From a virus: 64,000 bases of DNA. Below, in pieces: positions 49,703-58,497 of this stretch. Position numbers and translations under genes: made by a program. The stretch spans positions 27,269 through 91,268 of IMG/VR virus record IMGVR_UViG_3300037230_000036; one strand, written 5' to 3'. Every line of letters begins with the position of its first letter. Position 1 is the first letter of the stretch. The notes under the pieces are model-generated. The model was given only the letters and a program-made list of their open reading frames with translations, ran no database searches and had not been told where the DNA came from.

Positions 49703-50781
49703 TGCCCGACGCCCTTTCCCCGGAAACCCAACGCCTTCACGACGCCCTGGCGGCGGCGCGAAACCAGACCTCGGCCGCCGTCGCGCGGGCGACCGTCGCT
49801 GAAGGGCGCCTCCGGCAGGAGACCGGCGCCCGCTTCACCGTCGAGAAGGGCGCCGTCGAGGCGTCGATCGTCGCCACCGAGGAGCGGCAGACCGCGCTCG
49901 AGCACCAGATCGCCGAACTCAACGCCGACGGCAAGTTCGAAGACGCCGCGAAGATGACGCGGCAGATGAGCGATCTCTCCGCTTCGCTCGTCCAGTTGCG
50001 GGGTCGCAAGGAATGGATCGCGGGCCAGGAGGCCCATGCCGCGGCGCAGCCGGTGGCGACAGACCCCTACGCCCAGTTCTCCGAGTCGCAGCGCCGCTGG
50101 ATTTCCGAGAACCCGCGCTACGGCAGCGACGAGGCCTTCACGAAGAAGGTCAATGCGGCCGCGGGCTACGCCACGGAGGTTGCCGGGGTCGCTCCGGACA
50201 GCAAGGAGTTCTTCGAACACGTCGAGCGCGCCGCCTATCCGGAACGCTTCGCCAATCAGCCGGCCGGTGACGCCGGTGACGGCACGGGCGCGGGCGCCGG
50301 GGGCGACAACATCGCCCCGACCGGCGATGCCGGCACGGGTCCCGACATCGCGATCGACCGCGACCATCACACATTGCCGGCACAACCGGCTTCTCAGACC
50401 ACGACGGAACCGCCCGCGATGCGTATCGAGTTCACGCCGGAGCAGGGTGGTCCCGCCGAGCCGGTGCGGCAGCAGCCGTACCAGCCAGCCGTGGGCCGCG
50501 GTAATCAGGGCGACGCGATGCGCATGGTCGCGGCGCCGCCGAGCCGAAACATCGCCGCCGCCGCGCAGCGCGCTGCCGGCGGCGGCCGCCGCGCGATCGA
50601 GCCGACGCAGGAAGAGGTCGACACCGCGATCCAGCTTGCGCAGTCGATCGAGCCGGAAAGCGACATGGTCCGTACCAACAACACCCGCGAGATGGTGCAG
50701 TGGTACTACGCGCTGGCGCACAGCCCGACGCATCAGCACACCAGACGCCGTTCCTGGGCGCGCGACTCGGTGGTGGGGTGA
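49702..50781 (+). CDS. Probable capsid scaffolding protein
   Basis: Coiled coil, W..ENP.Y motif; lies between GroES-like and capsid genes. Confidence 0.6.
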   Translation: MPDALSPETQRLHDALAAARNQTSAAVARATVAEGRLRQETGARFTVEKGAVEASIVATEERQTALEHQIAELNADGKFEDAAKMTRQMSDLSASLVQLRGRKEWIAGQEAHAAAQPVATDPYAQFSESQRRWISENPRYGSDEAFTKKVNAAAGYATEVAGVAPDSKEFFEHVERAAYPERFANQPAGDAGDGTGAGAGGDNIAPTGDAGTGPDIAIDRDHHTLPAQPASQTTTEPPAMRIEFTPEQGGPAEPVRQQPYQPAVGRGNQGDAMRMVAAPPSRNIAAAAQRAAGGGRRAIEPTQEEVDTAIQLAQSIEPESDMVRTNNTREMVQWYYALAHSPTHQHTRRRSWARDSVVG

Positions 50782-50786
50782 TCGCG

Positions 50787-51317
50787 ATGACCGAAACCGC
50801 CGCCCGCAGCGATGGCCGTGGGGAACTCCGGCAACCGACCCGCATGCGTCCGCGGGAGCCCCACGAACGGTTCTCGATCGATGACAGCCGCCGGGATCCC
50901 AACCTGGATTACCAGTGGGTATCGCTGGCCTGCCGCGGCGAAACCAATCCAATGCTGAACGATTTCTTCGCCGCCGGGTGGGTCCCGGAGCGCGCCTCGA
51001 ATTTCCCGCGGAACAGCGGCATCGACGTTGCTCTGAGTGAACGCCTCATCGAGCTTGGCCACATGAAGCAGGTCCAGCCGGACGATCCCATCATCGACCG
51101 CAACCAGATGCTGGTCTCCCGCCCGAAATCCTTGAGCACGCAGTCGCGCAAGGAGGATGAAAGCATGGCCGTGGGCCAGGTCGACAACCACATGGGACGG
51201 CTCCGCGCCGTCTCCCGCCGCGCGATCGGCGACAAGACCCAAATCAGCCGCCGGATGACCCGCACCAACGCGAGCCCCGACGGCATGATCCCCGATGACG
51301 CCGAGGTGGAGATCTGA
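50787..51317 (+). CDS. Conserved head-region hypothetical protein
   Basis: YQWV..GWVPE..MLVSRP pattern. Confidence 0.55.
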   Translation: MTETAARSDGRGELRQPTRMRPREPHERFSIDDSRRDPNLDYQWVSLACRGETNPMLNDFFAAGWVPERASNFPRNSGIDVALSERLIELGHMKQVQPDDPIIDRNQMLVSRPKSLSTQSRKEDESMAVGQVDNHMGRLRAVSRRAIGDKTQISRRMTRTNASPDGMIPDDAEVEI

Positions 51318-51320
51318 TCG

Positions 51321-51914
51321 ATGTCGAACCCCAATATTCCGTTCGGCTTTCAGGAGTCGGGCCTCATCGACGGCATCTCGCCGAACTTCGGGATGTTCCC
51401 CGACGGCCAGATCAGCACTGCGAACACGAACAGCATCTACGGCTGGGATGTCGCGAAGCCGATCAGCGGCGGCTACTTCGATGTCTTCACGGCCCCGGTC
51501 GCCGGCGGCGCCCCGGTCGGCGGCATCTTCGTCCCGCATTTCGCGTGGCCGAGCAAGTCATACGGTGGCACCTTCCGGAACCGGGCCTACCTGAACCAGG
51601 GCTCCGATGTCGTCGCGGGCGGCGCGATCGGCTGCAAGATCGTCAACAACCCGCAGGCGAAGTTCATCGTCCGCTCGGCCGGCCTTTCCGGCGCCGCCGT
51701 TGGGCAGACCGCCATCGGCCAGAACGCGAATTTCGCGATCGGCCCGGCTCCCGGCAACAACCTCATTTCGGCGTTCTGGCTTGACGACTCGACGATCGGG
51801 ACCGGGCCATCGCTGCCCTTCCGCATCGTCGCCATCGTCCCGAACCCGCCGAGCGATCCGACCTCGATCTACAATCAGGTCGTCGTGATGTTCAACAACC
51901 TCGCGCCGCTGTAA
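51321..51914 (+). CDS. Head decoration/cement-type protein
   Basis: MSNPNIPFGF start, beta-rich, upstream of capsid. Confidence 0.6.
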   Translation: MSNPNIPFGFQESGLIDGISPNFGMFPDGQISTANTNSIYGWDVAKPISGGYFDVFTAPVAGGAPVGGIFVPHFAWPSKSYGGTFRNRAYLNQGSDVVAGGAIGCKIVNNPQAKFIVRSAGLSGAAVGQTAIGQNANFAIGPAPGNNLISAFWLDDSTIGTGPSLPFRIVAIVPNPPSDPTSIYNQVVVMFNNLAPL

Positions 51915-51922
51915 AATCCGCC

Positions 51923-52171
51923 ATGTCCCGCCGCGCCGGAAATCCGACAGACTTCGAGAGCTTCCTGACCTGGGAAGCCCTCGTCGACGTGCTGTCGTAT
52001 GACCCGGCCTACGGCGAGTTCCGGTGGCTTGGAACCTTCGATACGAAGGAAGAGGCCGTTCTCGCCCGTGCGCGCTTCGACAATGAACACATCGGTGAAT
52101 TCGCGCGGTCTGACACTTCGTTCCGCGAAGCGCCTGTAGTCGCAAGACTAGGCCAAGTAAAGGAGAAGTAA
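51923..52171 (+). pseudogene. Internally deleted HNH-AP2 endonuclease remnant
   Basis: N-terminal LSYDP..GEFRW joined directly to C-terminal LGTFDTKEEA..GEFAR; HNH core absent. Confidence 0.65.
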
Positions 52172-52172
52172 A

Positions 52173-53081
52173 TTGGCCATCACGAGAGGGTCAGAGCGCG
52201 ATTTGTTGTTACCAGGTCTAGCGGGGGTCGAGGGCAAGTATCCGCAGATTGTTCGCCAATGGCCAACGGTGTTCAACCGCGGCTTTTCGAAGATGGCCGC
52301 CGAGCGTATCGCCGAAATGCGGTACACCGGCCTCGCCGAGCTGAAGGCTGAAGGCGGCGCGACCACCTTCGACAACGCCCCCGGCGAGCGCTTTATCTGG
52401 AACATCGAGGCCAATGCCTACGGTCTCGGCACGGCGATCACCCGTGAGGCCTTGGACGACAACCTCTACAAGGACCATTTCGGTCCGATGTCGATCGGCC
52501 TCGCGGAATCCTTCGCGCAGACCGAAGAGATCGTCCACGCCAACATCTTGAACCAGTCGACGACGAACAACCCGACGATCATCGGCGACGGTCAGCCGTT
52601 GGCCTCGACCGCGCATCCGATCGACAACGGCACCTACGCGAACCGGCCGTCGCCCGACCTCGACCTCAACGAGGCCGCCGTCGAGTACATGACGCAGCTG
52701 ATCCGCGTCTTCCCCGACCAGGCCGGCAACCGCCTCTTGGCGCGCTCCCGGAAGCTCGGCGTCCCCATCGCGCTGCAGTACACCGCGGAGCGCCTCACCA
52801 AGGCCGAGCTCCGCCCCGGCACCAACACGAACGACATCACCGCGTTCCTCTCGGCGGGCGCCCTCCCCGAGGGCTACCAGGTCATGGACTACCTGACCTC
52901 GCCCTACCTCTGGTTCGTGCTGTCGACGATCAAGGGGCTGGTCAGCTACGAACGGGTGCCGTTCGAGCTCGATATGCAAGTCGATCCGATAACCGGAAAT
53001 CTTTTACTAGTAGGTTACCAGAGGTATGGAGTTGGGTGGAAGAACCCCCGCGGTATCGCCATTTCGGCTCCGACAGCCTAG
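52173..53081 (+). CDS. Major capsid protein (HK97 fold)
   Basis: AAGGAG RBS and TTG start; LLLPGL, KAEGG..FD, ITREALDDNLY, GDGQPL.STAHP and NPRGI motifs. Confidence 0.9.
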   Translation: MAITRGSERDLLLPGLAGVEGKYPQIVRQWPTVFNRGFSKMAAERIAEMRYTGLAELKAEGGATTFDNAPGERFIWNIEANAYGLGTAITREALDDNLYKDHFGPMSIGLAESFAQTEEIVHANILNQSTTNNPTIIGDGQPLASTAHPIDNGTYANRPSPDLDLNEAAVEYMTQLIRVFPDQAGNRLLARSRKLGVPIALQYTAERLTKAELRPGTNTNDITAFLSAGALPEGYQVMDYLTSPYLWFVLSTIKGLVSYERVPFELDMQVDPITGNLLLVGYQRYGVGWKNPRGIAISAPTA

Positions 53082-53244
53082 TAAGATATCGGAAATCTGC
53101 GGCAAGTAGAATTCGGAAGTAACCTTTCAGCGATAACCGAATGATGCGTATCGCTGATAACCGAGACGTAAATTGGAACACCTTGCGCCAGTCGAAAAAT
53201 TGGATATAATCCCCTTGGTGAAAAACCAGGGAAGGATTATTCCG

Positions 53245-54075
53245 ATGAAAGACCGAGTGCATCGTGTGGCGACGGCTCAGCGCCTCCGCGAGGTTATGTC
53301 CTATGACCTCGCAACCGGAGAATTCCAGTGGAAAATTCGTACCGGGTATCGTGTTCAGGTGGGCGCTAACGCGGGCTGTCTCGGCAGCGAAGGTTATTGG
53401 ATCGTCAGCCTCGACGGCATCAGCTATCGCCGTGCCAGGCTCGCATGGCTTTACGTGACCGGCGATTGGCCGAAGGGTGAGGTTGACCACATCGACCGGC
53501 GCCGCAGCAATGACCGCTGGGAGAATCTGCGCGAGGTCACCAGTGCGCAGAACAAAGAAAACACGCATCGGATGTCCAACAATACCAGCGGGTATCGGGG
53601 CGTGAGCTTTCATAGGCCCAGCGGCAAATGGCGTGCGCGGGTCACCGTGAGCGGCGTCGATCACTGCGGCAGGTATTGGAGCACTGCCGAAGAAGCGAAG
53701 ACCGAGCGCGATGAGATGCGCGCCGCATTAGGTGTCCGCGAGGCCCTCGACGCTTCGCGCCCAGACCTCATTGAACGGCATCAGATTGAATCTGGATTCT
53801 ACGCCGAAACGCTGGCCAAACAGCACGGATGCTGCGCCGCCTGCAAGAGGCCATGGTTTCCATCTGACGATGCCGCGCTGGCGTTCGATGTCGATCCTGC
53901 GACCGGGGAACTGTGTTCGCTCTTGTGCCGCGAGTGCAAAGAGATTGTTGATTTTGCGGACAAGCATCCAGCCGTGATCGGAAGTCTTTCATTGGCTCAA
54001 CTCTACCTCCAGGCCGACTCGCCTCGCTGGACGGGCTACCGTCAGCCGCTAATTCCCCAGAAGGAATCCGCATGA
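53245..54075 (+). CDS. Free-standing HNH endonuclease with AP2 domain and degenerate endonuclease VII-like domain
   Basis: VDHIDRRRSNDRWENLR; NTSGYRGVS..KWRA; QHGCCAAC..LLCREC. Confidence 0.85.
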   Translation: MKDRVHRVATAQRLREVMSYDLATGEFQWKIRTGYRVQVGANAGCLGSEGYWIVSLDGISYRRARLAWLYVTGDWPKGEVDHIDRRRSNDRWENLREVTSAQNKENTHRMSNNTSGYRGVSFHRPSGKWRARVTVSGVDHCGRYWSTAEEAKTERDEMRAALGVREALDASRPDLIERHQIESGFYAETLAKQHGCCAACKRPWFPSDDAALAFDVDPATGELCSLLCRECKEIVDFADKHPAVIGSLSLAQLYLQADSPRWTGYRQPLIPQKESA

Positions 54076-55040
54076 CCGCATCAGCCCAGCCCGGCCCGCT
54101 CAGCGTAACCGGGACGAATCCCCCCGTCAGTGGCCCCACGACCGCGACCGGCGGTGGTGCGGCGCTCGTTTCGGAGAGCAACCCCGATCTCGGCCCATCG
54201 CTGTTCTGGGCGGGCACCGGCATCCGCGATCCCGACTATCCGGCGCGGATCGGGGCCGGCGCGAATATCGCTGGCAGCTATTCGAACCAGGATGTCGGCT
54301 GGTACATGGCGACTGGCGGTCTCGTGGTTTGCGACCAGGCTCCGTCGACCGCCTCGACGACCAATCTTGCCGCAGGACAGGTCGCAGCCAGCGGAACCGC
54401 GCTGACCCTGGCGGTCGCCTCGACCGGCGTCACCGTGCTGGCGGCCCCGCTGACGATCCTTCCGACGGGGAATGTCGTGCCGGCGGGTTGTTTGGTGCTC
54501 GACGGCAACCCGGCGTGGACCGCGGCCAGCTTTGCCTTCATGAACCCGACCACCGGTATCTCGCGAGCGATTGCGGTGACGGCGGCCGGCGGGGCGACCG
54601 GCGGCGCCATCCTGCTCACCGGCTACGACTACCGCGGCAACAAGATGACGCAGACCGTGACCTCCGCTGCGGGGACGACCGTGAACTCGCTCAAGGCGTT
54701 CAAGTTCCTGCAATCGGCGGTGCCGCAGTTCAGCGACGGGGCGCACGACTATTCGATCGGCACGGCGGATGTCTTCGGTCTCGCGATCCGCGCCGACGAG
54801 TTCGCGTATGTGAACGCGTTCTGGAATAGCGTGCTGGCGCTGACGGCAGCCTTTACGGCGGCGGTTACGACGAGCCCGGCGACGGCACTGACCGGCGATG
54901 TCCGCGGTACCGTGGCCCCGGTGAGCGGCAGCGATGGCGTCAAGAAGCTGGTGGCCTTCGTCGCGCCATCGATCCAGAACGTCGCCTCGACCAGCTGGTC
55001 CACGGTCAAGCAGGGCTTGCTGGGCGTTCAACAGGCTTAG
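54072..55040 (+). CDS. Virion structural protein
   Basis: Thr/Ala/Gly-rich; ITGYD..G and TGDVRGT motifs; after capsid. Confidence 0.6.
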   Translation: MTASAQPGPLSVTGTNPPVSGPTTATGGGAALVSESNPDLGPSLFWAGTGIRDPDYPARIGAGANIAGSYSNQDVGWYMATGGLVVCDQAPSTASTTNLAAGQVAASGTALTLAVASTGVTVLAAPLTILPTGNVVPAGCLVLDGNPAWTAASFAFMNPTTGISRAIAVTAAGGATGGAILLTGYDYRGNKMTQTVTSAAGTTVNSLKAFKFLQSAVPQFSDGAHDYSIGTADVFGLAIRADEFAYVNAFWNSVLALTAAFTAAVTTSPATALTGDVRGTVAPVSGSDGVKKLVAFVAPSIQNVASTSWSTVKQGLLGVQQA

Positions 55041-55052
55041 GGCGCGGCATAG

Positions 55053-55715
55053 ATGGCCGTCCCGACTGTCCTAACCAAGACGCTTGCGGCAGCGAATGCG
55101 GCCCTCTTTGCCGCGTCGCAGACGCCGGTAAGCGGGACTGCGCTCACCCTGACGGGGACGGGCGCGGATACCCAGCGCCGGGTGCTCCTCACGTATGGCG
55201 ACGAAGCGGCCCCCCGCACGCTGGTCATCACCGGCACGACGGATGCTGGAAACACGATCTCCGAGACGCTGGCGGTTCCCAGCGGCGCCGACGGTACGGT
55301 GGCGACCCTGCAGGACTTCCTGACGGTGACATCCGCCGTTCCGGCCGGCGGCGGCTGGACTGCGGCGGTCACCCTCGGCACCGACGCGACCGGCTCGACG
55401 CGGTGGGTGGTGCCGAACATGCACATCACCCCGTTCGAGTTGACCCTGGGCTACGAGCTCGTGAGTGGCGCGCAGACCGCAACAGCCGAGCAGACCGACG
55501 ACTCGCCGCTGGCCCCGCTCCCGATCTATGTCCAGGGCTACAGCCAAACGCCCCCGGTGCCGACGCCGCAGCCCGTCACGGGCATGAGCGGGATGGTCGC
55601 GAACACGCAGAGCGCCATCACGGGTCGCGCTGCCGCTGCGGTGCGCCTCACGGTGACCGCCGGCAACGGAACCGGAACGCTGACGATCCGGCAGTCCGGG
55701 ATCGCGGGGCCATGA
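55053..55715 (+). CDS. Virion structural protein
   Basis: Thr-rich beta protein ending IRQSG. Confidence 0.6.
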   Translation: MAVPTVLTKTLAAANAALFAASQTPVSGTALTLTGTGADTQRRVLLTYGDEAAPRTLVITGTTDAGNTISETLAVPSGADGTVATLQDFLTVTSAVPAGGGWTAAVTLGTDATGSTRWVVPNMHITPFELTLGYELVSGAQTATAEQTDDSPLAPLPIYVQGYSQTPPVPTPQPVTGMSGMVANTQSAITGRAAAAVRLTVTAGNGTGTLTIRQSGIAGP

Positions 55716-56092
55716 TGCGCGCCGCTTTTATCGCAGCAGCCCTGGTCTTCGGTCTCGGCGGTTCGGCGCATGCCGGCAATCCGCCGGTCTCGATCTTCTC
55801 TGGCACGCTGACGCCGCTCGGCTACTGCCAGATCACGGCGACCTCGAGCGCGGTTGCGGTGGCCACAGCTAACTGTGCACACGGCAGCGTGCCCACCGAC
55901 GCCACTGTCGCGGACGTGATTATCGAGACCCAGGGCGTCCGCTACCGTGACGACGGAACGGCACCGACGACGACGGTCGGGATGCCGCTCGCCACCGGAA
56001 CCGAGAAGATCTTCGCCGAGCAGAACTTCGGTGCGATCCAATTCATCGCGACGACCGCGGGCGCGATCATCGATATCTCCTTCTACCAGTAG
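55712..56092 (+). CDS. Signal-peptide-bearing structural-type protein
   Basis: MMRAAFIAAALVFGLGGSAHA|G; VRYRDDGTAPT..GMPL; 2 Cys. Confidence 0.65.
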   Translation: MMRAAFIAAALVFGLGGSAHAGNPPVSIFSGTLTPLGYCQITATSSAVAVATANCAHGSVPTDATVADVIIETQGVRYRDDGTAPTTTVGMPLATGTEKIFAEQNFGAIQFIATTAGAIIDISFYQ

Positions 56093-56099
56093 GTCTCCG

Positions 56100-57380
56100 A
56101 TGCGGCGATTCACCTTCGCCCTGACTGCCGCGCTGCTGGGGCTGGTGCCCATCGCGGCGCAGGCACAACTGCCGAATCCATCGCTTTTCGGACAGCCGTC
56201 GATAGGATCAAATCCCGGAGGTGCCTGCGCGGCACTGGGAGGCGACCTCATTGGAACCTGCGGAGCGGCAACGGTCACGGCGATCGGGGGGAAGGCGGTC
56301 AGTCTCGCTGGGCCGTTCTCGACGACGGGAGCAGCGACGATCACGATGGCTATGCCGACGAGCGGGACGCTGACCTACACGTTTCCGGCCACGAGCAAGA
56401 CGTTGATGGCAACCGATTATAGCAACGGCGCCACGCTCGGAACCGCCAACTCATTTCTGACCAGCAACGGCACGGGCATCCCGAACGCGGTGGCGATCAG
56501 CGGGCTGGTCCTCGGCAATGGGGCGAGTGCACCATCCGCCTATGGTGGCACGTCGAGCGCGGGTAGCGTATTGACGGCACTTAGCGCTGCGGGCGCCGGC
56601 AGTTTTCTCGCCTATACGAATGCGGATACGGCCTCAACCCTAGTCGAACGTGATTCGAGCGGGAACTTCTCGGCCGGTACGATCACCGGCGCTACAGTCA
56701 CGGCCACGACCCTTGAACTGTCGGGGAGTCCCTTCGCGACCAATAGCGGCGGCAACTATAACACGATCTCTAGCGTCTCCGGTTCGCCTGGAACTTATCC
56801 CGATATCGAACTTGGTTACACCGCCGACAACTCGATTTATGTAGACGCCAACACCATCGAATTTCGCAATGGCGCTCACGTCGGCGTTTATCAGATGGGC
56901 AGCAGCGCGTTTCAACCGAGCAGCGACAATGCCAATACGCTTGGCGCGGCGGGGGCGCGGTGGTCCGGGGTTTATGCTGCTCTGGCGAACTCTGCGACGA
57001 CGAGCGCCGTATGCTACAATACCTCGACCGGCGCGTTCACCTACGATGGCACCCTCGGCACCTGCACCACATCGGGATTATGGGCCAAGCATATCGTCGG
57101 CACGCTGAGCGAACCCACCGCACTCAAGGGGATTGAGGGTCTCAGCATCTCCAATGACGTGTGGCGCTATCGCCAGGACGCCGAGTACAAGGGCCGCTTC
57201 GACACCCGGCTTCATGTCGGACTCATCGCCGACGACGTGGCGAAAATGGACGATCGCTGTGTCGGGTACCGCGGCGGCAAGGTCGGCGATTATGACGAGC
57301 GTTGCGTGATCGCCTATCTCGTCGGCGCGGTAAAGGCGCAGCAGCGTGAAATCGAGGCCCTTTCGGGGAGCTCCAAATGA
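56100..57380 (+). CDS. Tail fibre with signal peptide and C-terminal intramolecular chaperone (peptidase S74-like)
   Basis: MRRFTFALTAALLGLVPIAAQA|Q; TLVERDSSGNF; C-terminal S..K..I, GLIADDV, LVGAVKAQQREIEAL. Confidence 0.75.
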   Translation: MRRFTFALTAALLGLVPIAAQAQLPNPSLFGQPSIGSNPGGACAALGGDLIGTCGAATVTAIGGKAVSLAGPFSTTGAATITMAMPTSGTLTYTFPATSKTLMATDYSNGATLGTANSFLTSNGTGIPNAVAISGLVLGNGASAPSAYGGTSSAGSVLTALSAAGAGSFLAYTNADTASTLVERDSSGNFSAGTITGATVTATTLELSGSPFATNSGGNYNTISSVSGSPGTYPDIELGYTADNSIYVDANTIEFRNGAHVGVYQMGSSAFQPSSDNANTLGAAGARWSGVYAALANSATTSAVCYNTSTGAFTYDGTLGTCTTSGLWAKHIVGTLSEPTALKGIEGLSISNDVWRYRQDAEYKGRFDTRLHVGLIADDVAKMDDRCVGYRGGKVGDYDERCVIAYLVGAVKAQQREIEALSGSSK

Positions 57381-57642
57381 GAACGACCCTCGCTTGGACG
57401 GCCTCTGCGCTCAACTCCCAACAGGCGCCCTACGAGGCATGACTGACGACAACGATGGAATGGCGGGAGAGCGCGCGGGCGCAGAGCGGACGCTGCATGC
57501 CTTCGACTGCGGTGCCCAGGCGTTTCTGCGCCGAAATGACCGAAAATAACCACGTAAGTTCGCTGTGGAACACGCCTTACGATCCGGTTATAGTCGGCGC
57601 ACCAGGCAGGTGCCATTCTCCCGGTGATTGCGGAGTCGAACG

Positions 57643-58155
57643 ATGGAAATGCAGGAATCCCCGAACACCCCGCATATGAAGCGCGGCGGCGAGGACATGG
57701 AGCACGGTCGGCACGAGCATCACAAGCGGGCGAAGGGCGGCAAGGCCGTTCAAGAATATAACGCCGTCGGCAGCAAGGAAGCCGACGCCGCCGAGGACGA
57801 AGACGAAAGCTTCGAGAAGGGCGGCAAGGTCAAGCGGAAGGCCGGCGGCAAAGCCGAGGGCGAGCACGCCAAGCGCCGTGGCGACCGCGCCGCCCGCGGC
57901 AGGCACATGGAGCATGAGCCCCGGAAGGCCGGCGGCCGCGCCCATGAGGAGCACGAGGAACGCGAACGCGAGCATGAGCGCCGTGGCGGCGAAGCCAAGG
58001 AGCGCGAGGCCAAGGAGCGCGATCACCGGGCGCGGGGCGGCCGCATGGCCGGCCACAGCCCCTACAGCACGGGCCGCATGCTCGAAGGCGAAGAGGGCAG
58101 CACCGGCGCGGCCGCTGGGAAAGAGGGCCAAAAAGTGCCCGCGGAGCCTGGGTAG
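57643..58155 (+). CDS. Highly charged His/Glu/Arg-rich protein with repeated xxGG motifs
   Basis: MKRGG, AKGG, EKGG, KAGG, RRGG and ARGG; GGAG RBS. Confidence 0.65.
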   Translation: MEMQESPNTPHMKRGGEDMEHGRHEHHKRAKGGKAVQEYNAVGSKEADAAEDEDESFEKGGKVKRKAGGKAEGEHAKRRGDRAARGRHMEHEPRKAGGRAHEEHEEREREHERRGGEAKEREAKERDHRARGGRMAGHSPYSTGRMLEGEEGSTGAAAGKEGQKVPAEPG

Positions 58156-58273
58156 TCTTCGGGTCTAGATCAAACCCGAACCCGAACGCCCTGCCCCGGC
58201 ACCCTGACAACGGCCTGGCAGGGGACTACAAGAGAGGTGGTCGCCTGACTGCTGGAGATCGTCAGCATCTTCC

Positions 58274-58398
58274 GCGATCGGATTTTGCGCTGCCTGGGAA
58301 AGGCGAAGGACCGAAAGGGGCCGGCTCCGGAAGCTATCCCATCCCCGACGAGAGCCACGGCCGGAATGCCCTTGCGAGGGTGGCGCAGCATGGATCGC
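58274..58398 (+). ncRNA. Candidate structured RNA
   Basis: Nested GCGATC/GATCGC and TGCGC/GCGCA stems with GAAA/GCGA-type loops in a 340-bp gap. Confidence 0.35.
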
Positions 58399-58497
58399 CG
58401 GCAGAACAGAGGAAGGTCCGTGCCGCCGTACATCGCAAGTTTCCGGGTATCGGCGAGAGTTAGAGGGACTGACCGTCGGTCCCACTGAGATGGGTGC

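Noticed and set aside
46559-52359. 48-bp repeat as a DGR template/variable pair or attL/attR
   Set aside because: There are no adenine-specific mismatches, no reverse transcriptase and no integrase in the window, and the enclosed genes include core head genes.
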